Of a stretch of DNA of 64,000 nt, positions 46,294 to 55,621 are shown piece after piece. This DNA comes from Candidatus Hydrogenedentota bacterium. Its GTDB lineage: Bacteria > Hydrogenedentota > Hydrogenedentia > Hydrogenedentales > SLHB01. Made by a program: the position numbers and the translations under genes. Each line of letters begins with the position of its first letter. Within the stretch, counting starts at the first letter, position 1. Location of the stretch: NCBI GenBank assembly GCA_963674865.2, contig CAXXYE010000003.1, positions 192,001 to 256,000 on the forward strand, in the 5' to 3' direction. Below the pieces are notes generated by a model. The model did not search any database and was not told the origin of the DNA. It saw nothing but the letters and a program-made list of their open reading frames with translations.

Positions 46294-47898
46294 CTACGCT
46301 TCCGGCGCCTTCCGAGGAGCCGCCGGCTTTGACGACGATACCGGGCTGGCAGCCGGCGTTGCCGGGGACTCATCCGCGGCGGACTTGAGCTTTGCGAGGT
46401 ACTCGGGAATCTCGACGCCGCCGATGTCCTTCATGACCTGCAACATTGGGGGCAAGGTCTTGGCCATGTTCTGTAAGAAGCCGGCCGTCGCGCCGTTACC
46501 GTCCTTGCCGCCGTTCTCCCAGACGATGACCTTATCGAATTTGATGTTCGAGATGGCCTGGGCGGAGGCGTTAGCCAGATTGTCCAAGTGCTCGAGCATA
46601 AGCATCTGGAACGCGTCCTGGCTCGTGCCACAGGCGTCGATGATGCGCTGGAAGCCTTCACCCTTCTTGGCAAGAATCTCATATTGGCCCTTTGCTTCGG
46701 CCTCAAGTCGGGCGAAAATGGCCGAGGCTTCACCTTCGGCCTCGATGCGGCGCTTCTCCTTCTCGGCTTCCGCCTCAACGATGGTTCTGGCCTTCTGCGC
46801 CTTGGCCGGCGCTTCGAGTTGTGCGCGTCGCTCCTGCTCGACCCGCTCCGCCTCGGCCACCGCGGCCTTGGCCATGGCCCGGTTCTGAATCTCGAGCACG
46901 GCCGCCTCAGACTCCCGTTTCCGGCCTTCACCGATCTGGTAAGCCTCCGCTTCTTTCACGTGAAGTCCGGCGTTGGAGTTGGCGATTGTGGCTTTCGAAG
47001 TGTTCTCACCCTCGATGGCCTTGGCATTCGCATTGGCTACGGAGATGCGCATCTCGCGCTCGGCGTCCCGGATCTGGGCCTCGCGCTGGAACGCGGCGCT
47101 CTGCTCACCAATCTGCTGCTCCTTGTCCAATTCCGCCACACGCACGGCCTGCTCTTTCACGGCCATCCGTACGCCGACCTCGCGCTCGCGTTTGGCTTCG
47201 GCAACCTTCACCATCTTCTCGCGTTCCGCCTCGGCGACGCGGACCTCGCCCATCCTTTCCTGATCGGCCACGTCGCCCCGGGCCTGCTGAATCGCCTGCG
47301 AGGCCGCCTTCCGGCCGATGGCCTCGATGTAGCCTGATTCATCGGTAATATCGGTGATATTGACATTGATGAGGACTAGGCCGATCTTGAGGAGTTCCGG
47401 TTCGAGCGAGCTTTGGATGTTATGCAGGAACTTCTCCCGATCGCGGTTGATCTCCTGGATGCTCATCGAGGCGATCACCTGGCGGAGCTGGCCGAAGATG
47501 ATGTCCTCGGCCTGTTGCTTGACCTCATTCGTATTGAGGCCCAGGAGGCGGATGGCCGCATTCTGCATGAATTCCGGTTCGGTGCCGATGGCCACCGTGA
47601 AGACACTAGGCACGTTCACGCGGATGTTTTCGAGTGAAAGCGCATCCTTCAGTGGGATCGCAATCTGGATCGGCTCCAAACCCAGAAACGAGTGCTCCTG
47701 AATAAGGGGCCAGACGAACGCCGCGCCGCCGTGGATACACTTGGCGGTCCTGCCGCGCTGGACCTTACCGTAGATGACCAGGATGCAGTTGCTGGGGCAA
47801 CGCTTGTAGCGTTTGACAAGGAGCAGCACGAAGCTGAAAAACAGAATGGCCGCTAATACGGCGGCAATGACCATAAGACCGTGCGTGCTTATCAGCAT
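46294..47898 (-). CDS. Flotillin (SPFH domain) protein
   Basis: N-terminal TM, GGAAFVWPLIQ, GQLRQVIASM.I.EIN.DR, NVNITDI.D..GYI.A.G, AEA repeats. Confidence 0.9.
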   Translation of the reverse strand: MLISTHGLMVIAAVLAAILFFSFVLLLVKRYKRCPSNCILVIYGKVQRGRTAKCIHGGAAFVWPLIQEHSFLGLEPIQIAIPLKDALSLENIRVNVPSVFTVAIGTEPEFMQNAAIRLLGLNTNEVKQQAEDIIFGQLRQVIASMSIQEINRDREKFLHNIQSSLEPELLKIGLVLINVNITDITDESGYIEAIGRKAASQAIQQARGDVADQERMGEVRVAEAEREKMVKVAEAKREREVGVRMAVKEQAVRVAELDKEQQIGEQSAAFQREAQIRDAEREMRISVANANAKAIEGENTSKATIANSNAGLHVKEAEAYQIGEGRKRESEAAVLEIQNRAMAKAAVAEAERVEQERRAQLEAPAKAQKARTIVEAEAEKEKRRIEAEGEASAIFARLEAEAKGQYEILAKKGEGFQRIIDACGTSQDAFQMLMLEHLDNLANASAQAISNIKFDKVIVWENGGKDGNGATAGFLQNMAKTLPPMLQVMKDIGGVEIPEYLAKLKSAADESPATPAASPVSSSKPAAPRKAPEA

Positions 47899-47998
47899 AG
47901 ACAATCCTCCCCGTGTGCCTCACTTCAATCTGTCTTCACATTGCGGGCCGACGACCCGCCATGACTACGCGACTCGATCCCAGGGCGTGCCGCGACGC

Positions 47999-48640
47999 CT
48001 ACGGCAACGCCTCCACCTCGAGGGTGTCCGAGCTGACGATTCCTACAACCGTGACGCGTTCGCCGCTCCGGAGTTCACGCTCCTTCATCGTCACGGCCTG
48101 ATACTCCATGGTTCGATCCTGGATCTTCACCGTGACTTTCCCGGCGCCCTCCCGGTTGGGTGGGATGCCAAGGTACACCGTGGCAGTCTCGCCTACGGCC
48201 GACTCAATACGGACGTTCCCTTCCGAACTCAACTTGTGCAGCATATTCATCAGCCAGGCCACAATAAACATGGCCACGGCGCCGGCCGCGAGGGCCGCGA
48301 CAAAGGCCAAGTACTGCGAAAGGCCGGCCGAAGTGCCTATGAGTCCGCCCAGGCCGAAGAAGGCCACGGCGGCCACAATCGACTTCACACTGAGCATGGC
48401 GAAGAACCAGGAGCCAAACTGATCGGCGTGGTCCATGTCGACATGGTGATCGGCGATGTGATCGTGCCCCACATCGACGTGATCGCCGCCGAAATCGCCG
48501 TGATCACCAGCGAAGTCGCCGTGGTCCCCGCCCGCGTCCGCGTCCTCGCCCCCCAGGCCAATCAAGGTGAGTAAGAACTGGCAGACCAAGACCGTGCCGC
48601 CCGCCGCCGCGAGGACCGTGTACAGTGTCACCATGCTCAT
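47999..48640 (-). CDS. NfeD-like flotillin partner with Asp/His-rich loop
   Basis: TMs, GDHGDF repeats, C-terminal OB-like ATVYLGIP...GKV.V...AVT. Confidence 0.8.
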   Translation of the reverse strand: MSMVTLYTVLAAAGGTVLVCQFLLTLIGLGGEDADAGGDHGDFAGDHGDFGGDHVDVGHDHIADHHVDMDHADQFGSWFFAMLSVKSIVAAVAFFGLGGLIGTSAGLSQYLAFVAALAAGAVAMFIVAWLMNMLHKLSSEGNVRIESAVGETATVYLGIPPNREGAGKVTVKIQDRTMEYQAVTMKERELRSGERVTVVGIVSSDTLEVEALP

Positions 48641-48742
48641 CGCTGCGCTTCCTCCCTTTCGAGCGCGTCGGAACCGCGGCCGGCGGGCCTTGTGGAAAAA
48701 GCCGTCCGCCCCGGCATCCACTGAAGCTCTACACCTGAATTG

Positions 48743-48771
48743 ATGATATATTCACTCGCTTGACCAGTCAA
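48743..48771 (-). promoter_or_regulatory. Sigma70 promoter with palindrome over the -35
   Basis: Minus strand TTGACT-17bp-TATCAT; TTGAC-CA-GTCAA palindrome at 48760-48771. Confidence 0.65.
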
Positions 48772-48817
48772 TGACATGGTCGGCCAGCGTCATCTCCCGT
48801 GCTGGCATCAAAGAGAA

Positions 48818-48834
48818 AGCAACCTTCATGCCCA
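48818..48834 (-). promoter_or_regulatory. Possible sigma54 promoter
   Basis: Minus strand TGGGCATGAAGGTTGCT with GG-N10-GC spacing. Confidence 0.4.
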
Positions 48835-48946
48835 CGCGCGTTAGCGCGGCAAGCGGTTTTTCGAAAGGTGCTTAGCCTCGCTCATCACGCCTGAACCGGT
48901 TCGGCACCCCTGGCTTTTCCGCCAACAAATGGCGAAGCCGGCCAAG

Positions 48947-50269
48947 TCAGAGGGCTTCCCGGCGCGTGCCCCAGGCTCTGTACTGCTCGCCTCGCTCGAT
49001 CATGTCCTGCGCCAATGCGCGGACGCGGGCCATGGCTCCGCCATCGTGGACGCCATTGAACCGCCGCAGGCACATAGGCTGTGCTTCGATGAGTCGCCGT
49101 TTCGTAGCGGGATCGGTGAGGGCCGACTCGATGGCCGCCTCTATCTGAGACTCACTGCGGGCAATGAGCACAGCGTCGGCGTCGGTAAATAGCGGCCCGA
49201 GCCCCTCCTCGAAGACCTCGGCGGGAACCGTGTCCAGCACGATGTTGACGACGGGCTTGCCCCAGAGAATGGCCTCGATACCGAGGTTTGATTCTATGCA
49301 GACGAGCACATCCGAGGCGGCCAGGCATTCATGTGGGGGGGCGAAGTCGACGTACAGAGGCGGTAGGCCGAGCTTTTGGGCATGCTCCAGGAGTCCTTCG
49401 AGACCTCGCCAACCGCCCGGGTGCGGCCTAATGATGAATTGCCAGTCAGGATAGCGTTGCTTCAGGCGGGCGCACGCGTTAAGGGCGGCCTCAGCCGTTC
49501 TGAGGCCGTACTCCAAGTTGCCCAAGGTGGCGACGCTAATCCCGCTGCAGCGCGTAAGCCCAAGTGCGACAGTGGGTAGTCTCGGATCGAGTCCCATGCG
49601 CGCACAGACTTCCTCCTTCAGCCCAGTGCGGGGAGGACGCGCGTAAACATCCCAGTCCGGATTGCCCGTGACGCGGATGCGGTTCGGATCGTCGACATAG
49701 GGAAGGAAGACGGATTTGGCCGCGTCGCTGTACACCGCCATCATATCGGCGACAACCGCTTCATGGCCATGCTGGGTGCCGTAGGGAAACCCATGGAGCA
49801 CGTGCAACGCGGGGATGCCAAGCCGCTGGGCCGCGCGTATGGCCGTCTTGGGATCGCGCCCCGTGTCCTCGGGCACGAGCACGAGGCGAAGATTGCTTTC
49901 CGACGCGCATCGGCGCACAAGGTCCACGAGAACGATCTGCTCGATGAGATCTCGCTGAAGTGCCTTGAGAAGCCTGGCGCGTGTGGTGGCCCATGCTGTG
50001 TCGCTGAACTCCGGCCAAGCGCGGCGGAAACTCGGCTCGGAAAGCGCGTGCACGATGGCCGCAAGGCGCGCCTCGGCCTCGGAGACGGCATGCTCGCGCA
50101 TCTCGGGCGTAAGGAGGTCGTCCAGCCGTGTGTGCGCGATGCCGGCCTCCGTCAACACGCGGGCCGTTGCATCGTGAAGGGCTACGAACTTGAGGTCGGC
50201 CCGCTCAAGAAGGGCGCGTGCGATAGCATCGCTGCCGCGGATCATTCCGAGCAGGACGGCCGGGATCAC
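48947..50269 (-). CDS. GT-B-fold surface polysaccharide biosynthesis protein
   Basis: GIPALHVLHG, VTGNP.WD, IRPHP, SDVL...SNLGIEAILWGKPVV. Confidence 0.7.
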   Translation of the reverse strand: MIPAVLLGMIRGSDAIARALLERADLKFVALHDATARVLTEAGIAHTRLDDLLTPEMREHAVSEAEARLAAIVHALSEPSFRRAWPEFSDTAWATTRARLLKALQRDLIEQIVLVDLVRRCASESNLRLVLVPEDTGRDPKTAIRAAQRLGIPALHVLHGFPYGTQHGHEAVVADMMAVYSDAAKSVFLPYVDDPNRIRVTGNPDWDVYARPPRTGLKEEVCARMGLDPRLPTVALGLTRCSGISVATLGNLEYGLRTAEAALNACARLKQRYPDWQFIIRPHPGGWRGLEGLLEHAQKLGLPPLYVDFAPPHECLAASDVLVCIESNLGIEAILWGKPVVNIVLDTVPAEVFEEGLGPLFTDADAVLIARSESQIEAAIESALTDPATKRRLIEAQPMCLRRFNGVHDGGAMARVRALAQDMIERGEQYRAWGTRREAL

Positions 50270-50484
50270 GGCGCGTCCTCCGGCGATGCTTCGAGGAGGG
50301 CGTTCATGATCTCCGGGCCTAGAAGGTATTCGTCGGCCTCGCCCAGATTGACGCCGTGATATTCGAGTGCCGCCCGAACGTCCGGGTGGCGGTGCCAGTT
50401 GGCGGCGAATCGCAAGGCCGTCACCTCGAAAGGATGTTTACTGCGCGCGGTGGCCGCGTCACGCTCCCTAAGTCCGTCGTCCAT
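50266..50484 (-). CDS. Small hypothetical protein (72 aa)
   Basis: GAGGAG upstream; 4-bp GTGA overlap with the next gene; LEYHGVNLG. Confidence 0.5.
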   Translation of the reverse strand: MDDGLRERDAATARSKHPFEVTALRFAANWHRHPDVRAALEYHGVNLGEADEYLLGPEIMNALLEASPEDAP

Positions 50485-50544
50485 TCGGGAGGCGTCTCCT
50501 CCTATGGTTGGCCTAGCCTAGACTGGGCCGTGCCCTTGGCCGTT

Positions 50545-52656
50545 TCAGACGCGATCGAATTCCGTGCGCAGCAGAATCTCGGCCTGCATCTCCGGCGAAA
50601 GGCGCGTGAAATAGTCGCAATATCCCCCGATGCGAACCAAGAGATCCCGATAGTGCTCAGGAGATTCCTGAGCCTTTCGCAGGACATCCTTGTCCACCAC
50701 GTTGATCTGTGTCTCAAATCCTCCGCGCCTCAGAAACGTGGTAACCAAATCCCCCAATCGATGATGCGCCTCCGCGTCTTGAAAGAGCGACTGGTTGAAT
50801 TTCATGTTATAGGCGGCGCCGCCGATGAAGGGGGCTTGATTCCATGATGTCGTGGACAAGACCGCCGCCGTTGGGCCGGTGCGTTCACGCCCTTGGGCGG
50901 GCCCGCACCCATCGGCAAAGGGGAAGCCCGCCTGACGGCCGTCCGGGGTCGCCCCGCACTTGCGGCCCAGGAATTCGTGCATCACCCAGCAAAAAGACCC
51001 CGGCACGAACGGACTGCCATCAGGGAGCATGGTCTGTTCAGCACAAGCCGCCACGCACCGGTTGACGGTGTCCTGTACGAGGGCGTCAACTTCGGGAGAA
51101 TCATTGCCGTACTTGGCGTGCGTCTGGAGAAATCGGATGCGGATAGGTTCGCTACCGGCGAAGTTCGCGTCCAGCAACGCCTTCATTTCCGCGAGTGTCA
51201 GTTGTTGCCCGCGATAGACCTCCTCGCGGATCACGTTCATTGAGTCGGCCAAATTGGCCAAGCCGACGAAAGAGCATTCGACCCAGTTGTACACCGCGCC
51301 GCCATCATCGACGTCCTTGCCGCGCGCAATGCAGTCACGCGTGAAAACGCTCTGCAGGGGCTTCCTGCCGCGGACGCGGCGATGCTCGCGCGAGCGATTC
51401 TCCTCCGTGGCGGCCTCGGCGATGTGTCTTGCCAACCGCTCGTGATAGCGCTCGACGAACGCCTCGAAGGTTGCCGCCGGTGCGCCGGACGTAACCTGCT
51501 CGGCGATTTCTTCAAGGAGGTATTGGCAAAGGGGGAAGTACGGCGAGGCCACCCACACATTGCTGGCGCCGACGGGCGTAATCTCGACACAGGTTGAGTT
51601 GATGTAGTTGCACGCCTGCTCGGGCGGGGCGCCGAGCTCCTTCAGTCCGCGCTGGATTGTCTCGTCGCCGAAGAACGCCGGCGTCGAATATCCCTTTCCG
51701 ATAAGCTCGATGGCGAGGGCCGTCAGGTCCCGGGGGGTGCCTTCGTGCCAGCAGATGCCCACCGTCGGATAGATCAGTTTTGTCCGCCGCACGGCTTCGA
51801 GGCCGAGGTAGGACAACTCGTTCGTCACGTCCGTGCCCGCGGCGTCGCGTCCGCCGACCATCACCGACATGGCCAAGCCGTCCGGGATGAGTTCATTGAT
51901 CAGCAGGTACAGGCTCTCGACCAGAACAAGCGCCTTGTCTCTTGTGATGCGGCCCGCGGCTTGATCCGCCTCGTAAAATGGGCGAAGCGTGCGGTCGATA
52001 TGGCCCGGTACCACCAGTCCGACCCCCTCGCCTACCATGACGGCGAAGTCTACCAGCCAAAGCAACTGAATGGCGTCGCGGAAGGTGGCCGGCGGCTCGT
52101 GAGCGACCCGCGCCAACGACTCGGCCATCTCGGCCAATTCTTCACGCCGCGCGGCATCCGCTTCTTCCATCTTGCCCTGGACAAGCGCATGGGCGTGCTC
52201 GATCATGGTGGAGAAGCCATCAAGCGCGTAGAGGAAGGATTGATACGCGTCCTTCTGCTCCCCGGACGCGGCGGATAGGCGGGCCGCGATGTCTTCCCGG
52301 AGCCCGGCCACGCCGACGGCAAATAGGCGCGAGAGATCCAGCTCGCAATGGCCCGTCTGGCCTCTTGAGCGGACATGCTCGCGCCAGTACGTGTGCGCGG
52401 CTTCGTGTTCCTCCTCGGAGCCCTGGTTCGGGCAGGGCGCGCGTCGGCCGGCCAGAAGCTCCAAGTCGTCCAAGGCGAATTCGACCGCCGCCAAGGTATC
52501 GCGCGTCAGGAGGCCCTTGCGAACCTGCCACGACGCGATGTGCTCGGATCCTCGCATGGATGCGGCGCACACCAGGAGATTATCGCGGCAAGCCTGTTCT
52601 TTGCGCTCAATACACCGCCACCGCAATGTCGCGATTCGTTCGTCGTCGGTTGCCAT
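50545..52656 (-). CDS. Glycyl radical enzyme (PFL-like superfamily, unknown substrate)
   Basis: Cys loop INSTCVEI, KYGND, GATPDGR, QINVV, Gly loop LLVRIGGYCDYF. Confidence 0.9.
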   Translation of the reverse strand: MATDDERIATLRWRCIERKEQACRDNLLVCAASMRGSEHIASWQVRKGLLTRDTLAAVEFALDDLELLAGRRAPCPNQGSEEEHEAAHTYWREHVRSRGQTGHCELDLSRLFAVGVAGLREDIAARLSAASGEQKDAYQSFLYALDGFSTMIEHAHALVQGKMEEADAARREELAEMAESLARVAHEPPATFRDAIQLLWLVDFAVMVGEGVGLVVPGHIDRTLRPFYEADQAAGRITRDKALVLVESLYLLINELIPDGLAMSVMVGGRDAAGTDVTNELSYLGLEAVRRTKLIYPTVGICWHEGTPRDLTALAIELIGKGYSTPAFFGDETIQRGLKELGAPPEQACNYINSTCVEITPVGASNVWVASPYFPLCQYLLEEIAEQVTSGAPAATFEAFVERYHERLARHIAEAATEENRSREHRRVRGRKPLQSVFTRDCIARGKDVDDGGAVYNWVECSFVGLANLADSMNVIREEVYRGQQLTLAEMKALLDANFAGSEPIRIRFLQTHAKYGNDSPEVDALVQDTVNRCVAACAEQTMLPDGSPFVPGSFCWVMHEFLGRKCGATPDGRQAGFPFADGCGPAQGRERTGPTAAVLSTTSWNQAPFIGGAAYNMKFNQSLFQDAEAHHRLGDLVTTFLRRGGFETQINVVDKDVLRKAQESPEHYRDLLVRIGGYCDYFTRLSPEMQAEILLRTEFDRV

Positions 52657-52721
52657 CGTTCAAATCCTTCAATTCCGTCCTGTCAACGCACTGCTCTGGG
52701 CCGTGGCCCGGGCGGCAGAGA

Positions 52722-54401
52722 CTACAGGTATCCTAATCCCATGAGCTTCTTTCGGATCTCTTCCTGCTCCTCCTCGGAGAGGCCCGAGGCATCATCGCCG
52801 TCACCGGCGTCGACGTGGCAAGAGGCCACCGGGTGCTCGGCCAGGTACTGCGGATCCAGCAAATGCGTGAGCACACGGCCGTCCATGTCATCCGGCACGG
52901 GCTGATCGAGCAAGTGCAGGACTGTGGGGCCGATGTCGATCAAGTTGGCGTCGTCCACCGTTCCGGTGCGAATCCCCGGGCCTTTGGCGGCAAGCACGCC
53001 CTCCATCCGGTGGTTGCCGAACAAGGTGTTGTTCTCGTATACCGGTTCCTTCGAGGTGAATCCGAAGAAGCACACCGGCAGATACTTCTCCGCCAATGGG
53101 AGAGGCATCACATCCGGGCCGTACTTCGCATAGGGGCCGTGAAACATCTCGGCGTTGGTGGTTACCGGCCCGCCAACCGGCTCACCCGTCATGGGATTCA
53201 CAAGTTCCTTCCATCGGGCCACCAGCTCGTCGCGAACGGCCTCGTAATCCTCCGGCGCAACGCAGCCATTCGGGCGGATGCCCTGTGTGTTGATGAAGAT
53301 CCCGCTCCAGCCGAAAGGGGCGAAGGCCCGCGTCCGCGTCCAGTCCACATCGTTGAGATTGAGCATGCCGGGGATGTTGATCGCGCCCGTTGATTTGCGT
53401 ATGGCCGCTTCCGGTGAAGCGGCCTTGAACCGCCCTGCAAGTTTGAGGATGGGCGCCAGCAAGCGCGTGGCATTGTGCGGTGTTACGCCAAGATCCCACA
53501 AGAACCTTTTGAAGCGGACGCCGAAGCTGTCCTTAAGTGTGATGAATCCTTCGCGGAGAAGCCAGCTATTGAGGTCAATGAAGTGATGCGTCGCCCCGAA
53601 GCCGTGGTCGGATATCACGAACACGGCGGCGTCCGGGCCGGCCTGCTCGGCCAGACGGCCGATGTGCTCGTCGATCATGGCATAGTAGGCGTCGATACGT
53701 GGGCCGAACCGCTCTGCCATACGCGGGTCGTAGCGTGGGTGGTCAGGATCCATCCAACTCCACAACTCGTGCTGCACTCGATCCGTCCCCCAGATGTGCA
53801 GCATCGTGAAATCCGGCTGGAAGCGTTCGGAAAGCTGCTCGGCGACCTGGAACTTGGTCTTGTCCATGAGCTCCAGCTCATCGAGGAAGCGCGTCGCGTT
53901 GTACTCGGAGCCCGCGCTGACAAACGCCATGGACTCGAAGAACAGCGGATACGGGCCGAAGTCCGCCTCCAGTTCATCCACAAGCTCATTGGGATAGGCG
54001 AAGTCCTTGGCGCCCGCGGGCGTCAGGAAGCCGCTGATCATGGCGCCCTGGATGGGCCTCGGCGGATACGTGGTCGGCACATTGAGGACTAGCGATGTCT
54101 TGCCCGCCGCGCTCAGGTATTCCCAAAACGCCTTTCCGTGCCATGCATGCGCATTTACCGGAACATGCGTTTGGGTGTCGGGCTGATACACCAGGAAATC
54201 GAAGACGCCGTGCTTGCCGGGATTCTTCCCCGTCATGAAGGACGGCCAAGCCGCGGGTGTTTCGGGAGGATAGATGGAGCGGAGGTCACCCATGGCGCCC
54301 GCTTCCGCGAGACGTTTGAGGTTGGGCATTTGCCCGGCCGCCATCCTGGGCTTGAGGATGTCCCAGTGGGCGCCGTCGAGGCCGATTACAACAACGCGCA
54401 T
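52722..54401 (-). CDS. Alkaline phosphatase superfamily protein (nucleotide pyrophosphatase/phosphodiesterase-like)
   Basis: VIGLDGA, PPETPAAWPSFMTGKNPGKHGVFDF, TDRVQH, ISDHGF, GNH, terminal LMGLGYL. Confidence 0.85.
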   Translation of the reverse strand: MRVVVIGLDGAHWDILKPRMAAGQMPNLKRLAEAGAMGDLRSIYPPETPAAWPSFMTGKNPGKHGVFDFLVYQPDTQTHVPVNAHAWHGKAFWEYLSAAGKTSLVLNVPTTYPPRPIQGAMISGFLTPAGAKDFAYPNELVDELEADFGPYPLFFESMAFVSAGSEYNATRFLDELELMDKTKFQVAEQLSERFQPDFTMLHIWGTDRVQHELWSWMDPDHPRYDPRMAERFGPRIDAYYAMIDEHIGRLAEQAGPDAAVFVISDHGFGATHHFIDLNSWLLREGFITLKDSFGVRFKRFLWDLGVTPHNATRLLAPILKLAGRFKAASPEAAIRKSTGAINIPGMLNLNDVDWTRTRAFAPFGWSGIFINTQGIRPNGCVAPEDYEAVRDELVARWKELVNPMTGEPVGGPVTTNAEMFHGPYAKYGPDVMPLPLAEKYLPVCFFGFTSKEPVYENNTLFGNHRMEGVLAAKGPGIRTGTVDDANLIDIGPTVLHLLDQPVPDDMDGRVLTHLLDPQYLAEHPVASCHVDAGDGDDASGLSEEEQEEIRKKLMGLGYL

Positions 54402-54510
54402 TATCGTAGCTCTTTCATAAGAAACGCCCCGTTGGTTCGGGGTCGTCAAGTCTGTTTTGCGCATCCGGCCGTGACTCTAGGGCCTTTCGGCGAATGCGCC
54501 ATACGTATCT

Positions 54511-55506
54511 TCAGCGTATGCGGCTCTCGGCGGCGCCGAGCCACATGTCCACGTTCTCGCCGAGATGCTGTTTCAAGGCGATTGTCGCTTCGTCAAGCGC
54601 TTCGAGCGTCTTCTCGTTGAGGCGCAAATCCACGGCCGCGCAGTTGCGCGCCACCTGAGCCGCCTTGCGCGCGCCGACCAACACCGTGCTCACACCCGGC
54701 TGCGCCATCGACCACGCGAGGGCCACCGTTGCCATCGGCTGTCCGAGTGCGTCGGCCACGGCGCGGATCTTACCGAGCGTCTCCATCGTCAGATCTTCGC
54801 AACCGTCCTCACCGTGGCGGGCGCCTTCCCGCGAGCCGTCGAAGTGCCGTGTACGGCGCCGCAACATGGGAATCTCATCCACTGTGCTCCAGCGCCCCGC
54901 GAGCAGGCCTTGCATGAGCGGCATATAGGCGATGATGCCGACGCCGTGCTCGATGCAGGCCGGGACAACGCCGTACTCGACGGCGCGGAAGATGATGTTG
55001 TAACCCACCTGGTTCGATACGGCTGTGCCCTCAGCCATCCAATCGGCTAAATCCAGCGGGCCGAAGTTGGAAACTGCGATGGCGCGAATTTTGCCCTCAT
55101 CCTTTAGTTGCACCATCTCCGCATACGTGTCCGCGAAAGACACTTCGCGGCAGGGCCAATGCACCTGATAGATGTCGATCACATCCGTCCCCAAACGTTC
55201 GAGGCTGGCCTCGCAGGCTTGGCGAAGCTTGTCCGGGGCGCAATGCTGAGAGGAGACTTTGGAGGCCAGGATGATATCGCCGCGTTTCCTTCCCAAGGCT
55301 TTCCCCAGAATGCGCTCGGATTCGCCGCTGCCGTACATCTCCGCCGTATCAAACAGGTTAATTCCAACATCGATGGCCGCGTCGACGGCCGCCTGCGGGT
55401 CGACGTCCGGGTCGGTTCCCCAGAACTCGGGATCGCCGATTTGCCATGCCCCGAAGGAGAGGACGGAGACATTGAACTCGCTATCGCCGAGTCTGCGGTA
55501 TTCCAT
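54511..55506 (-). CDS. Aldo/keto reductase
   Basis: FDTAEMYG.G.SE, LASK, SLERLGTD.IDIYQVHWP, GKIRAIAVSNF, YMPL.QGLL. Confidence 0.92.
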   Translation of the reverse strand: MEYRRLGDSEFNVSVLSFGAWQIGDPEFWGTDPDVDPQAAVDAAIDVGINLFDTAEMYGSGESERILGKALGRKRGDIILASKVSSQHCAPDKLRQACEASLERLGTDVIDIYQVHWPCREVSFADTYAEMVQLKDEGKIRAIAVSNFGPLDLADWMAEGTAVSNQVGYNIIFRAVEYGVVPACIEHGVGIIAYMPLMQGLLAGRWSTVDEIPMLRRRTRHFDGSREGARHGEDGCEDLTMETLGKIRAVADALGQPMATVALAWSMAQPGVSTVLVGARKAAQVARNCAAVDLRLNEKTLEALDEATIALKQHLGENVDMWLGAAESRIR

Positions 55507-55621
55507 ATTGGCGCCTTTCCTGCGATTACCGTGATATATCGGATTGGGAAGGCAAGTTTGGCACAAAGCCCCGGCGTGCGTCCACCCGAAGCCGTAGAAT
55601 GCGCACGAATGACAAGGGAGC

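Noticed and set aside
50545..52656. Pyruvate formate-lyase (pflB)
   Set aside because: Single Cys in the active-site loop rather than the adjacent Cys-Cys pair.
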